From Macrostomum lignano (Eukaryota), in the NCBI GenBank assembly GCA_002269645.1, contig NIVC01001575.1, positions 246,232-310,231 on the forward strand: a stretch of DNA of 64,000 bases. The letters are read 5' to 3'. The notes beneath the pieces were generated by a model. The model was not told where the DNA came from and did no database searches. It worked only from the letters and a program-made list of their open reading frames with translations. A program made the translations under genes and the position numbers. Shown here piece after piece: positions 1 through 12,960 of the stretch (positions within the stretch are counted from its first letter, which is position 1; each line of letters starts with the position of its first letter).

Positions 1-36
1 CAAAAGATATTCACCGATCTCATTAAAGGACTCGTA

Positions 37-1206
37 CTAAATTATTAAAAGATGACGGCAAGCAATGAAAGTCAAGCGATTCAAGTTTCTCACCTCGGCA
101 GCCAGAGCGACGGGCTGCTGCAGTTCGCGCCAGATCTCGTGCCCGCCGGATCCCATCTCTAGCAGGGCGGCAATCTGCACAGCGCAATGCCCGATCACGT
201 GCGGCTTGCCAACGGGCACCGTCTCCTTCACCTCGAAGTGCAGCTCGCTCTCGGGCGCATCCTCCTGGGTGCAGGGCAGCGCAAACTGGCGATCGAACTG
301 GGGATTGCAGGCCGCGCTAACCAGCTGAGTCTTGCGCTTCTCTTTGCTGCCGCCCGGTCTGGTGTAGGCCAGAGCAACATAGAATGTGCACATGTTGCTG
401 GGCCGACGGCGCAACAAGTACTTGGCCTGGCAAATGGTCACTAGGAGAGTCGATTTCTTCGGCATCAGCTCCAGCTTCAGACAGAGCCGTCCAAGTAGAG
501 TCTCGTGCTGCATATCGGGATCCTGATCTGTTGGATACAGCGACAGATTAAGTCCCAGCTCCTCCAGGGTGGTCGCCGTATCCGAACCTGTCGACGAGGA
601 ACACCTCGCTGCTCGGCGATGCAAATCGCTGAAGCTGCTGGCTCGACGCCGGCGCAAATATTCCACGGCACCCTCGCTGACGCTCTCGGGCACCGGGCTG
701 ATCATCAGGAGGCACTCGGAGCTCTGGCGATATTTGCCAGTCAGGAAGGCCTTCTTGTCTGCGACGGCTGTTGGCGTGGTGTCGGCCATCTGGCCCGAGG
801 CGCTGCTCAACTTGGCTGAGTAGGGCGACCAATCGGCTGACGAAGCAGGCGTCAGGGAGCTGCCGCTGCCGAACCTGGGCCGCCTCGGCGACAGCAGCTG
901 TGTCGGCGAGAAGGTTCGATAACTACCAGTACTGGGCTTTGGGCACTGCAGCAGCTCGCTGTGGCTGCGCGAGCCCACCATCAGCTCCTCCGTGGAGCCG
1001 CCGCCGAACACTGAGCTGGCCCGGCCATCGTCGCTGGAGGTTCGGTGATCCCCAGTCAGCAGGAAGCCGTGCGTGCTGGCCTCCGGCTGCTTCGACCAGG
1101 GCGCCCAGGTCCAGCTGCGGCACCACAGGCAGAGGCCGACGGTCACCGAGACGATGGCGCCGCTGATGGTGCAGACAACAACAAGGATGACGTCAGAGGA
1201 GTTCAT
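37..1206 (-). CDS. Synaptotagmin-like protein: N-terminal TM helix, Ser-rich linker, single C2 domain
   Basis: 389-aa ORF. Hydrophobic N-terminus (VILVVVCTISGAIVSVTVGLCLWC) and a C-terminal C2-like pattern (LGRLCLKLEL...LLVTICQAKYL...RKTQLVSAACNPQFDRQF...LHFEVKE...VIGHCAVQIAAL). The extreme C-terminus could be spliced differently. Confidence 0.7.
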   Translation of the reverse strand: MNSSDVILVVVCTISGAIVSVTVGLCLWCRSWTWAPWSKQPEASTHGFLLTGDHRTSSDDGRASSVFGGGSTEELMVGSRSHSELLQCPKPSTGSYRTFSPTQLLSPRRPRFGSGSSLTPASSADWSPYSAKLSSASGQMADTTPTAVADKKAFLTGKYRQSSECLLMISPVPESVSEGAVEYLRRRRASSFSDLHRRAARCSSSTGSDTATTLEELGLNLSLYPTDQDPDMQHETLLGRLCLKLELMPKKSTLLVTICQAKYLLRRRPSNMCTFYVALAYTRPGGSKEKRKTQLVSAACNPQFDRQFALPCTQEDAPESELHFEVKETVPVGKPHVIGHCAVQIAALLEMGSGGHEIWRELQQPVALAAEVRNLNRLTFIACRHLLII

Positions 1207-3473
1207 GCTGTTTTTCTTTCAAATTGTTGACTGCTCAGATTTCGGATGAAAGCGGCTCAACTTTTGCTAGCTAAGGGGATATTTATTCAGCCCTAGCCGA
1301 ATGCGGGAGATTTTCCCAGCCAATAGGGATTCGCTTTGCCATCATTTCGAGGGCTTTGCTGTTAATCCGTCTCGCTGCTCAGTCCGGCTGTTCCCTATGT
1401 TCCTGCTCTGGCAAATTCTTTTGCGGCTTCGATTACAAAGCGGCCGCAGCAGAAGCCACGAAGTCGCAATCTCGATATTATTAATTTGCGCGGCAAACCA
1501 CTTCTATAATGAAACATAATGTCGATCATATAAAATGGCTATATTTGAAGTCTGTAAAAGTAATCCTTCCTTTTCGTCTTGACCCTCCTTAAGCAATGGA
1601 GTCTTCTCCTTCCTAGAAGTTTCCTGTAATGGGTAAAGCTGGATGCCCGAGCGTGCTGGGTTGAGTTGAACCCCCGTTAGGTAGGCTGGTCGATTACTTA
1701 TTAACAAGGATAAGGCATAGTGAGCCGAGTGAGTAGCTTAGCGGTCAGTAACATTCATTTGTGCTCTTGCACGGAAATTGGCCGGTGGGTTGTCGTGCGT
1801 TTTACAGCCATGAGGGCCAACACCCCGAGGCACAGAGAGCGTACATGCCCCGAGGGTTAGAAAGTCGAGGATGTACACCCCGTGTGAGCGTGTGAGATAC
1901 GCCTGCCTACTTGGGCAGAATTGCCCCAGCGCTGGTTGTGCGACGGACGATGTCACCGAAGGCGTTGTGCTAGGGGTGCCCGCAGGCCTCCTGCTGTTAT
2001 ATATTGAACCTAAAAAGGTGTAGGCGTACCGCGGTAGCACCGCTTGCCACGGAGCAACCATAGGATAATAGAAATTAGTTATAGAAAAACTGGATCAAAA
2101 AGACTTCTGGATTATAAGTCGGATATCTAGAATCTCGAACTAGGATGGTGTGCAAGATTTTATTAAAAACTTCCTCCTGGAAATTCGTCTTTTGAGTTCA
2201 ATTTGAGGTGCCACCTTGCACATGTAAAACGTTGCATGATTATGCCCCATTAGTTATTTCGCTTAGTCTCAGGGGAGGCGGTTTTGCATGAGCAACGTTC
2301 ACAAATCAAGGCAAGTTCCCTGCGCAATCACTTTAGGATGGGTGTCTGGAAAATTCCCGAGACTTTTAATCCCAAAGCTAAAATGAAAGCAGCTACAGGC
2401 ACTTTAAATGCGGCACTTTTTGTCTTTCTAATTTGTTCCATTCAAAAGTTATGCTTGAAAACCCATCGCAATGCCACTGATCCACTTACAGCTAAAGTGA
2501 AAGTTATAGTCGTTGTTAATCTCGTAGCTTTGAGATTAAAAGTACAAAAACTGGAAAAGGGGGTTGTCGAGCGATGTCATATCCATGAGGGCCCAACCTC
2601 CAAGGCACAAGGCCGAGAGCGTTGCACCAGAAGTGCGACATTGTGCCACAACCACTCTGCTGAGGTAATTCTGTCCGCTGACCTCCTACTGAGAGCAGCA
2701 CATTCAAGTGCGACAATGCTGTACGCAGGCCCGGACTCATACTCATATAATCAAACGTTTTTTTGCTTCGTAAAAATGGAAAATTCTGTGGAAAAGTGTA
2801 TATATAAATTGCGGGAAGCCAGCGAAGAGATGAAATATCCAAATAGCTCCTGTCGAACTAATATAGTTGCTTCAAAGCAGCGAGCTGAGCCATGGGAGAG
2901 CTAATATTTCTGTCAAACGGCCGAGAGGAGAGCAGAAATGTACCAAGAGATTCGGTCGTGAGAAAAGAAAGCGAATATTTAGCCGAATGACTGAGCACAC
3001 AACGAAATCATCCTCTCTCCGACTCTTTTGATCTAGTTCTGCCTGCTTCTGCCGCTGCTGCTGCTATTGATGATGTACTTTAACAATCCAAGGGAATAAT
3101 TAAACGCGTCAGATATTGCGAGCCAAAATTTATTAGACGCCATATAAGCTGTCCAAGCCGTTTTAGTGTATACTGAATGTGTACCGGCTTGAAGTTATAA
3201 AGCTTATTGCACGAGCTACCGTATATGATCCCCAAGACGATTTAAACTGAAGCAGATCAAGTTCGGAGAAGAGTCAGACCAGCATCTCATACTCGTACAT
3301 GCCCTATGCTTTAATTTACGAATCTGTTTGGCACTTTGCGCAGAAAAGTACGCCTCGCTCGGTTGTGAAGTCAAACTCTTTTCTACACAGTAGAGTTATT
3401 TGGAGCCTATCCTTTACTTTAGCCCAATCTAACCCTAACCCTCGTAGGTCAAGGAAGTCTTACGGAAGTTAAG

Positions 3474-4562
3474 GACAGTCTCGATTCTCTCGATAACATG
3501 CGGTGTGGACAGTCCCGATTCTCACGACAACATGCGGTGTGGACAGTCTCGATTCTCACGATAACACGGTGAGGACAGGCTTGATTCTCACGACAACACG
3601 GTGAGGACAGTCTCGATTCTCAGGATAACTCGGTGAGGACAGTCTTGATTCTCACGACAACACGGTGAGGACAGTCTCGATTCTCACGATAACACGGTGT
3701 GGACAGTCTCGATTCTCAGGATAACTCGGTGAGGACAGTCTCGATTCTCACGACAACACCGTGTGGACAGTCTCGATTCTCACGACAACACGGTGTGGAC
3801 AGTCTCGATTCTCACGACAACACCGTGTGGACAGTCTCGATTCTCACGACAACACGGTGAGGACAGTCTCGATTCTCACGACAACACCGTGTGGACAGTC
3901 TCGATTCTCACGACAACACCGTGTGGACAGTCTCGATTCTCACGACAACACCGTGTGGACAGTCTCGATTCTCACGACAACACGGTGAGGACAGTCTCGA
4001 TTCTCACGACAACACGGTGAGGACAGTCTCGATTCTCACGACAACACCGTGTGGACAGTCTCGATTCTCACGACAACACCGTGTGGACAGTCTCGATTCT
4101 CACGACAACACCGTGTGGACAGTCTCGATTCTCACGACAACACGGTGAGGACAGTCTCGATTCTCACGACAACACGGTGAGGACAGTCTCGATTCTCACG
4201 ACAACACCGTGTGGACAGTCTCGATTCTCACGACAACACCGTGTGGACAGTCTCGATTCTCACGACAACACGGTGTGGACAGTCTCGATTCTCACGACAA
4301 CACGGTGTGGACAGTCTCGATTCTCACGACAACACCGTGTGGACAGTCTCGATTCTCACGACAACACCGTGTGGACAGTCTCGATTCTCACGACAACACG
4401 GTGAGGACAGTCTCGATTCTCACGACAACACCGTGTGGACAGTCTCGATTCTCACGACAACACGGTGAGGACAGTCTCGATTCTCACGACAACACCGTGT
4501 GGACAGTCTCGATTCTCACGACAACACGGTGTAGACAGTCTCGCTTCTCACGACAACACGGA
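3474..4562. repeat. 32-bp minisatellite (GGACAGTCTCGATTCTCACGACAACACGGTGT and variants), ~34 units
   Basis: Head-to-tail tandem units visible directly; no unique spacers. Confidence 0.95.
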
Positions 4563-5369
4563 GTGAACAATTTCAATTCACCAAAGAAAGCGAAATGCCT
4601 AATCTTATTTGCAGAGAAGTCCCAGACATTGCATGGCTAAAATTCTACAGTTGACTCCTTTATTGATTTCCCAATGTAGCGATGGCGATCTTCTTCACGA
4701 GCGTCGACTAGATGGAAACACTGCCTCTATGCATCCCCCATATGCGGCGTCAAATAACAACATCGAGGTCGTTTTACAAAGACGTTGTTACATCGCTTCC
4801 TCTTATTTGTCTCATCAGCCGAAGGAAAGAAAAATGCTTCTTCTAAAAGAAGTAGCAATAACAGTTCAGGCTTTGAGGCTTTCATCTAACCATTTGTTTC
4901 ATCTTCATTAGCTAATGTTAGCTAAAGCAATGTACATGTTGTCTCGACAGAGAATTAGGCTCTTTCGGGCGATGTAAATATGGAATTGCAAAAGCGGAGC
5001 ATACGAGCATATAGTAATAAATTTGGCACCTGTACCGATTGAGTAGAAAGCTGAGTTTTAATTTGAGGTTTCAAACATAATTTGCATTCTAGGAATAGGC
5101 TGATAACATTGGGTCGAAGTGCTTGATTATTGGTGGTAGAATTTGTGATTCATTTGTGATTAATGATGCTATTGGCCAAGAAATCAGGTTCATTGTTGAT
5201 CAGAAGCACTGGATGTAATTGACCATCGATCGTTATGCATGAACAGTGATCAAGGATGTCTTTTATCAAGAATTATTTGCGTACTTTACCATTCACAAAT
5301 CAAGGGTATGATTGACCTAGAACTAAGAATTTGATTGAGACCGTAGAATCAAGGATGCACCACTAAATT

Positions 5370-6620
5370 AAGGATATGATTGATTGTAGAATAAAGGATA
5401 TGACCATAGTATCAACGATGTGATTGACCGTACAATCAAGGATATGACCATAGAACCAAGGATATGACCATAGAATCAATGATATGACCATAGAACCAAG
5501 GATATGACCATAGAACCAAGGATATGACCATAGAACCAAGGATATGACCATAGAACCAAGGATATGACCATAGAATCAATGATGTGATTGACCGTAGAAC
5601 CAATGATATGACCATAGAACCAAGGATATGACCATAGAACCAAGGACATGACCATAGAATCAATGATGTGATTGACCGTAGAATCAATGATATGACCATA
5701 GAATCAAGGATATGACCATAGAACCAAGGATATGACCATAGAATCAAGGATATGACCATAGAACCAAGGATATGACCATAGAATCAATGATGTGATTGAC
5801 CGTAGAATCAATGATATGACCATAGAACCAAGGATATGACCATAGAACCAAGGACATGACCATAGAACCAAGGATATGACCATAGAACCAAGGATATGAC
5901 CATAGAACCAAGGACATGACCATAGAACCAAGGATATGACCATAGAATCAATGATGTGATTGACCGTAGAACCAAGGATATGACCATAGAATCAAGGATA
6001 TGACCATATAATCAATGATGTGATTGACCGTAGAATCAAGGATATGACCGTAGAACCAAGGATATGACCATAGAACCAAGGATATGACCATAGAACCAAG
6101 GATATGACCATAGAACCAAGGATATGACCATAGAATCAATGATGTGATTGACCGTAGAATCAAGGATATGACCATAGAATCAAGGATATGACCATAGAAT
6201 CAAGGATATGACCATAGAATCAAGGATATGGCCATAGAATCAAGGATATGGCCATAGAATCAAGGATATGACCATAGAATCAAAGATATGGCCATAGAAC
6301 CAAGGATGCGACCATAGAATCAATGATGTTATTGACCGTTGAATCAAGGATACGACGATAGAACAAAGGATATGACCATAGAATCAATGATGTAATTGAC
6401 CATTAATCAAGGATATGACCATAGAACTAATGATGTGATTGACCGTAGAATCAAGGATATGACCTTGATGATGTGATTGACCGTAGAATCAAGGATATGA
6501 CCTTGATGATGTGATTGACCTTAGAATCAAGGATATGACCATAGAATCAATGATATGACTATAGAACGAAGGATATGACCATAGAATGAAGGATGTGATT
6601 GACCGTATAATCGAGGATAT
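5370..6620. repeat. 20-bp minisatellite (GATATGACCATAGAACCAAG) interspersed with a 24-bp variant (GATGTGATTGACCGTAGAATCAAT)
   Basis: Tandem units visible; degenerates at both ends. Confidence 0.92.
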
Positions 6621-8010
6621 GATGGATCAATAGAATCTATATAGGATAGGGCTGACTTTGAATCAAGGAGACGATTTACCAGAAGTCATGAATGCGATTA
6701 AACATTTTTAAATGCTTAAGAATACGGGTATGATTATTAACCAGAGATCTAGCTTATCGAGAGTGAATGACAAAGAGAATGTAAAAAGACTCTATCTTCT
6801 TATCTTCCCGTAATCTAAAAGGTGGATTTTAATAGTGCACATGCAGATAATTAAATATTAAAGATCGAATTGTCTTAACTATAGCAGAATCATGAAATAT
6901 TTGTGTTTTTTTTTAATTTCACCTTCGATTTCTCTGATCAACGCGTCATATTATGCATATGTTAGTTCGGCTCTAGCGACAAAGCAATAAATGAACACGA
7001 TTCAGCGAATTTCCTACTCGTTTATTTCTAGAAAAATCTGCAAAACCCACCCGTGCAGTCAAACTGCACCCCTCTTCAGTTGCTCACTTTTCCGCGATGT
7101 TATAATTACTCTTACCGTCTTCTCCCGTTGAGAACACTTCTTCAAAAACATCTATTTTGAGAGCCCGAGCTGTAACTTACGGTAATTTTCTACCGTATTG
7201 CCAAATATGGAAATTTCGGAAAGGTCTGGAGAAGTATGCCTGGATAGGCACTATAATTTATTTACCTTGAGTTCTTCAAACTTGATGCGAAATCACCTTG
7301 AACTTACTAAAATTTTTTGTTAAGCGAATTTGTAATCAACCTATAACTGTCGTATTTTAGTTACATGGTATAAGATTAGGGCCCGTGAAGCCTCCCTATC
7401 CAGCTCTCGGGTCCTTCGAAACTTCACAATAGCAATCCGCGGCCTGCTCAAGGCTTGCGTCTCTTCTCAGCTCTCTTTCTCTTCCCTCTCCTCTATTAGC
7501 TCTCCTTTCCTCTCTCATCAGGCCCGCAGCAATCAATGAGCTGGATTCTTTATCTTGTCCTTGTGGTAAAAAAAGTTTGTCAATCCCTGCTGTAAAGGAA
7601 ACGGAGCGCTCGCATACAAGCAGCCATTTCAACGAATTCATGGTTGTACTTTGCTGGCTCTCTACAACGAACGGCCTAATTAAATTGGCCGTCTCACGGA
7701 TGTATCCACCTTTTCTAAATGTCCACAAAGCTTGCTAATTGTAATGGAACAAGTAGAGGTATATAGTGGCTTTTGCGTCAAACAACCGTAATGAGATTGA
7801 GTCTAGACTGCTTATTGATTTCTCTATACTGGGTCAGGTACGCGACATGAGCTTTTTGTCCCGGGCACCTTACGGCCGCGATTTTGCAAATCTTGCAAAA
7901 GCTTTAAATGACCAAATAACTATTCACCTGGACAGTTTAATGCAAACCTAAAACTTTGCTTCAGGGCGCCAAAATGAGTATCTGCAGCACCAGGATGAGT
8001 ACCTGACAGC

Positions 8011-8917
8011 CAAAATGACTATTTGATGCTGTAGTCGGGCCTGAGGTGTCAAAATGACTATTTGATGCTGTAGTCGGGCCTGAGGCGTCAAAATGACTAT
8101 TTGATGCTGTAGTCGGGCCTGAGGTGTCAAAATGACTATTTGATGCTGTAGTCGGGCCTGAGGCGTCAAAATGACTATTTGATGCTGTAGTCGGGCCTGA
8201 GGCGTCAAAATGACTATTTGATGCTGTAGTCGGGCCTGAGGCGTCAAAATGACTATTTGATGCTGTAGTCGGGCCTGAGGCGTCAAAATGACTATTTGAT
8301 GCTGTAGTCTGGCCTGCGGCGTCAAAATGACTATTTGATGCTGTAGTCGGGCCTGAGGCGTCAAAATGACTATTTGATGCTGTAGTCGGGCCTGAGGCGT
8401 CAAAATGACTATTTGATGCTGTAGTCGGGCCTGAGGCGTCAAAATGACTATTTGATGCTGTAGTCGGGCCTGAGGCGTCAAAATGACTATTTGATGCTGT
8501 AGTCGGGCCTGAGGCGTCAAAATGACTATTTGATGCTGTAGTCGGGCCTGAGGCGTCAAAATGACTATTTGATGCTGTAGTCTGGCCTGCGGCGTCAAAA
8601 TGACTATTTGATGCTGTAGTCGGGCCTGAGGCGTCAAAATGACTATTTGATGCTGTAGTCGGGCCTGAGGCGTCAAAATGACTATTTGATGCTGTAGTCG
8701 GGCCTGAGGCGTCAAAATGACTATTTGATGCTGTAGTCGGGCCTGAGGCGTCAAAATGACTATTTGATGCTGTAGTCGGGCCTGAGGCGTCAAAATGACT
8801 ATTTGATGCTGTAGTCGGGCCTGAGGCGTCAAAATGACTATTTGATGCTGTAGTCTGGCCTGCGGCGTCAAAATGACTATTTGATGCTGTAGTCGGGCCT
8901 GAGGCGCCAAAATGAGT
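8011..8917. repeat. 39-bp minisatellite (AAAATGACTATTTGATGCTGTAGTCGGGCCTGAGGCGTC), ~23 units
   Basis: Tandem units; explains the 13-aa periodic minus-strand ORFs 7948-8928 and 7961-8938. Confidence 0.95.
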
Positions 8918-10152
8918 ATTAACAACACCGATTATCAAAATATTATAGAGAATTTTCTTTTTGGATTGTTGGTTTTGTTGTTCCCTTCAATTCTCACCAA
9001 ATTATAAACTCCGAGGTGACGATCCCTGTAATCAACTGATGTATTAATTTGAATAGAGGCGCGGTCTTGTACTTAATTTCTTATTCAAAGCTGCATGCTG
9101 ATAGAAAGTCGTACTCACACCCTGCCTTCTCCATCCTATGGCAACTGTTTCTATGTGTGCGGTCGCCCACGCCCATTTCAAATTCTGCAGCGATTCTTTA
9201 CATCTATGAGCTGTTGAATTTGTTCCCTCAGAATAATTATAGATTGCTTTGTTAAGGCCCTGAGAAACCCAGCTCGTTTGTCTCAGGAGTCTATTAATTA
9301 AGAAGTCATTTTGCTAACTAGCTCATACCCCTGTTTTGTAGCTGAAATTTGTTGCTCATGAATCCTACAACACACAAAACTCATTCGACATTCGCCATCC
9401 AAGTATACGAGCGCCAAATCGTACTTATCGTACTGAGCCATCGTACTTATATGCATGTATACAATGTATACTCATGTACATATATGAATGATATATGTAT
9501 GTCTTTAAATGTTTAGAGTCCAGGCTTACCAGCTGTTACATGAGCTGGTATATGAATTACATGCATGCAAGTGGAGAGCTATTAATTACATGTAATATAT
9601 ACAGATGCACAGTACATGCAACCGCATAATTTCTTAACGAGGTGTACGAGCTGTGTACGCTCGTACGTGTATGGTGTAGCTATATTAAAATAACCAATTG
9701 TACATTCGGCAATTACTACTGGTGCAGGTGATCGATCTGAAAGCTTCAATTTAGACCGGCCTTATAAGTGATTGAATAACAACAGAGTATATATATTGAT
9801 TAGTGTCATGTTGTTTAGATAAAACCAGAAGGTTATAAAGAGTGAAAAGTGAAAAAATGAATTATTGTTATAAAAATTTGCAAAATGAAAAGATGATAGT
9901 ACGTAGCAGTGTGGCGGTGGCGGATCCAGCTACAAGGGAGGGGGCAAGGGGGCCCATGACGGCCCCCCTCGCTAAGGGCCGATTTTTTCTGGCATATTTT
10001 CCTTGTTTTGGCGATTTTTGCTTAATATGCCATGAAACATATTTATAGGAATTGTCTGTCTTTTTAAAACCTTTTTTCGACCGGCCTGGGAGTGGCATTG
10101 TACATGAATATATGATTCTGTCTAAAGCCTAATGAATTGATTAAACCAATGA

Positions 10153-11967
10153 TGTAACCGCCCTTGTCGCCTGTCGGCTCCGTTGAGAGACGAACACATG
10201 ACTAGAGGGGGCAATGACCGTAGGCTGCCTATGACCGGGCAATGACCTGATGGACCTCCAGCACCAGACTGTCCCGCCCACATGATTGATAGCTTTGGTA
10301 GCGCTTTGTGACCAGAGGGCCAAGGACCCACATGGACCCCACCTGTAGCCAAGGTGCAATAGTTGGTCACTCGGTCATGGTATGACCGAGTGGCTGCCAC
10401 CACTCTATGTGACCTGGCGCACCTGGATCTTACTACCAGACCTCTCGAGGCTAGAGCCCCGTCTGGGATGGTTACCAGGAGATTTAGGCTAACAGGGGAG
10501 ACACATGCAGCCGAGTACAGGGACTCTGCTTGGGGCATGATCGGGAACTCTGGGCTCAATCTGGAGGATTTCTCAGCAGGGGATCCTTTGTGGCTGTGAG
10601 CGAGGCTGACTTGCGACTTTGATTACTAAGAGTAGTATGAGGCGAACATGTACTGTCTATAGTTTAGATTGCTCAGGGCGAAGGGACGCGTCAGCATGGG
10701 GTTGCAACCTTCCTACTGCCATTCTGTGCCAAGACTCGCTAATCCCTCTACTGCACGCACACACGGCCCCGCAGCACGCACTCACAGGCGAGCTTTGCAC
10801 GGGGAGAGGCCATTAGCTTGCCCAAACTTCCCTATGCTTTGCCACCCCGGGAGAAAGGCTTAGCAAGCCATGAGTGAAATGATGGTGAAAGATTGAATAA
10901 TGATGAGGTTAGTTAATAGTTAATAATTAGGCCCTTAGGCAAATAATCAGGCAATTAGGCGGCTTCACTATTGAGTAAAAATACAGCAAAAGGTACGGTA
11001 TCACAACTGGCTCAGCTCTCTAATCAGACAATGGACAAATAGGCAAACTCCGGATAAGCAAAGGCAATTAGAGCACAAATCAGTAACAGGAACTTACCGG
11101 CAGCTGCACAGAGAGAGAGAGAGAGAGAGAGACGGAGTGACCGAGGGCGGCTGTAGGCTGCAGTCAGGCGGACAGTGAAGCGGCGATGCGCTGAAGCGAC
11201 GAGGCGCTGGTGTAGATCAGGCGAAGCTGATGATGCTGGGCGGTGTCAGACCGCTGGCCAATAGGCGAGCTCACTTGGGGAGCTGAAGAAAACTTGGCGG
11301 TAACAGACCGCGGACCGGCAGGGATTCGTCTTATAGACGAATGGGTCAGAACTCAGTCTGACGGCAAGTCTAAAGAAAGACTAGGAGCCCGAAGGTGGGC
11401 AAAAGTTGAGGATTCTCATGCCGAAAACCGCTTCCTTATATAGCCTTCCCAGCCGCCAAGGTCGTTTCCATGACTCCCTCTCTCTGATTGGCTGCCGGCA
11501 GAATGACGTCAGAATGACTCATGATGAGAAGCATGAGAACGGCATAGCAACATGAGAAATGGGAGAATTGCGCAATCCGGAGGTGGGGTGGGGGATTATT
11601 GGCGCAGCGGGAGGTCGAAAAAGTGTTGCGCAAGCAAACATTGAGAAACAATGGGGCTGGGGTCGAGAACAAAGGAATTGGAAATCGGGGATAATTGGGG
11701 AGAATCGAGAACAATAGAAAAACAGACATTGGGAAAAAGTTGATAATTAGGTGCGAAAACGAGAACAATAGAGAGAGAAAATCGGAGAAAATGTGATAAT
11801 TGGTGGGGTAAAGAGAACAAAAGAATCAAAAACGAGAACAATAGAAGCGGAGGTGGGGTGGGTGTCGCATGAGAAATTTGGGGAGGAGAACAATAGCATA
11901 AGAAAAGGTTGCGCAAGAGAGGGGGGATGAGTCATCGATGAGTCATCGAAGGGAAGAAGGGGTCACA
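10153..11967 (-). mobile_element. Probable solo LTR / LTR-like segment
   Basis: Ends TGTAACC and GGTCACA (imperfect TG...CA inverted termini). On the minus strand: enhancer-like motifs, CCAAT and TATATAAG (~11434-11441), then a CCG/GTAAGT splice donor near 11096. No matching TSD found, so boundaries are uncertain. Confidence 0.4.
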
Positions 11968-12960
11968 CGACTTGCGTCACCGTTTGGGAGTTTGAGAAGG
12001 GATGGGGTGGCGGTGAGCGCACAAAATACTGTAAGTAGACGCAGAGAAAGGGGGGACAGCGCAGGAAAATAGTGCGAAAAGGGGCAAAAAGAGGGGAGAC
12101 AGGAAAAGTACATGAAGAATAGGGTGGAGCGCAGAGGAGATAGGGTAGAGGGGGAGGTACAAAGAGGGAGGGGGAGCTCCGGAAAGGCAAGTGTGGCGGC
12201 AGGGGAGACGGAGCCAAGGCAGCAGGGGGGGGGTTGCAGCAGAGCGGGAGTCTCCAGGCCTGGGGGTCGAAGACCTGGCCGAGTCTCAACAGCTCTGTGC
12301 AGGGGGTGCACGGCGATAGGAGGCACTTTCGAAAAAGTTCCCCTGCCCTATCCCACGACCAGAGCGTGGTTACATCACCAATAAAATTTATGGCATATTC
12401 ATTTATGGGCCGACATGGCCGACACTCCCATGCATTTTGAAATTTCACGTTTTTTCGCCAAAAAATGCTCCCGTTCTGCAACCACTGCACCACCGATTGA
12501 GTTGAGTGAGGTGTCGATCGATAGAACACTTTAAGATCTATCGAATGAATATACTTTCAAGTGCAAAGATTTTTAACTGAGCCGCAAATTAACTGGAAAG
12601 ACGATTTTTTTCAAAATTGCTTCTGGGGGAGATCTCAAAGCTTGATCGTACACTTTACGAGATACGGCTTCGACATCTGATGATCAAAGTTGTCAAACTA
12701 AATTTCCTGCAAAATGGTATAAGGCGCTTTGATTTATTTCAGTTTTGGTGGGTCTTTTTGGTAGAAAAATTACCCTCATTTTATTATTTCGCCACTTTTT
12801 CTTACGAAACTGTTGCGCTTCAAAGCAGTGCAGTTAGATGCGCAATGCAAAAATCTACAAGTGTCTAAAGTTCTGTTTTCACGATTCTGTAGTGCTGAGA
12901 AAATCGATAAGAATCGATTTTTCAAAAAATCACGTGAGTTTCGCATTATTGCTCATTGTA

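Noticed and set aside
3474-4562. CRISPR-like 32-bp repeats
   Set aside because: Units are head-to-tail with no unique spacers, there are no cas genes, and the context is eukaryotic.
4800-4830. CTGATGA on the minus strand (also near 7515) as a hammerhead ribozyme core
   Set aside because: No stem II followed by GAAA and no stem I/III pairing could be found.
7396-7951. Short non-repetitive ORFs (also 2284-2904, 4609-4911)
   Set aside because: No recognisable motifs or convincing splice context.
7948-8938. Long repetitive ORFs (also 21748-23193, 27222-27771, 48582-49880, 61571-62231)
   Set aside because: These are by-products of stop-free tandem repeat units and show no domain signatures.
9911-9975. 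GGCGGATCCAG MITE-type terminus
   Set aside because: No partner inverted end was found in the window.
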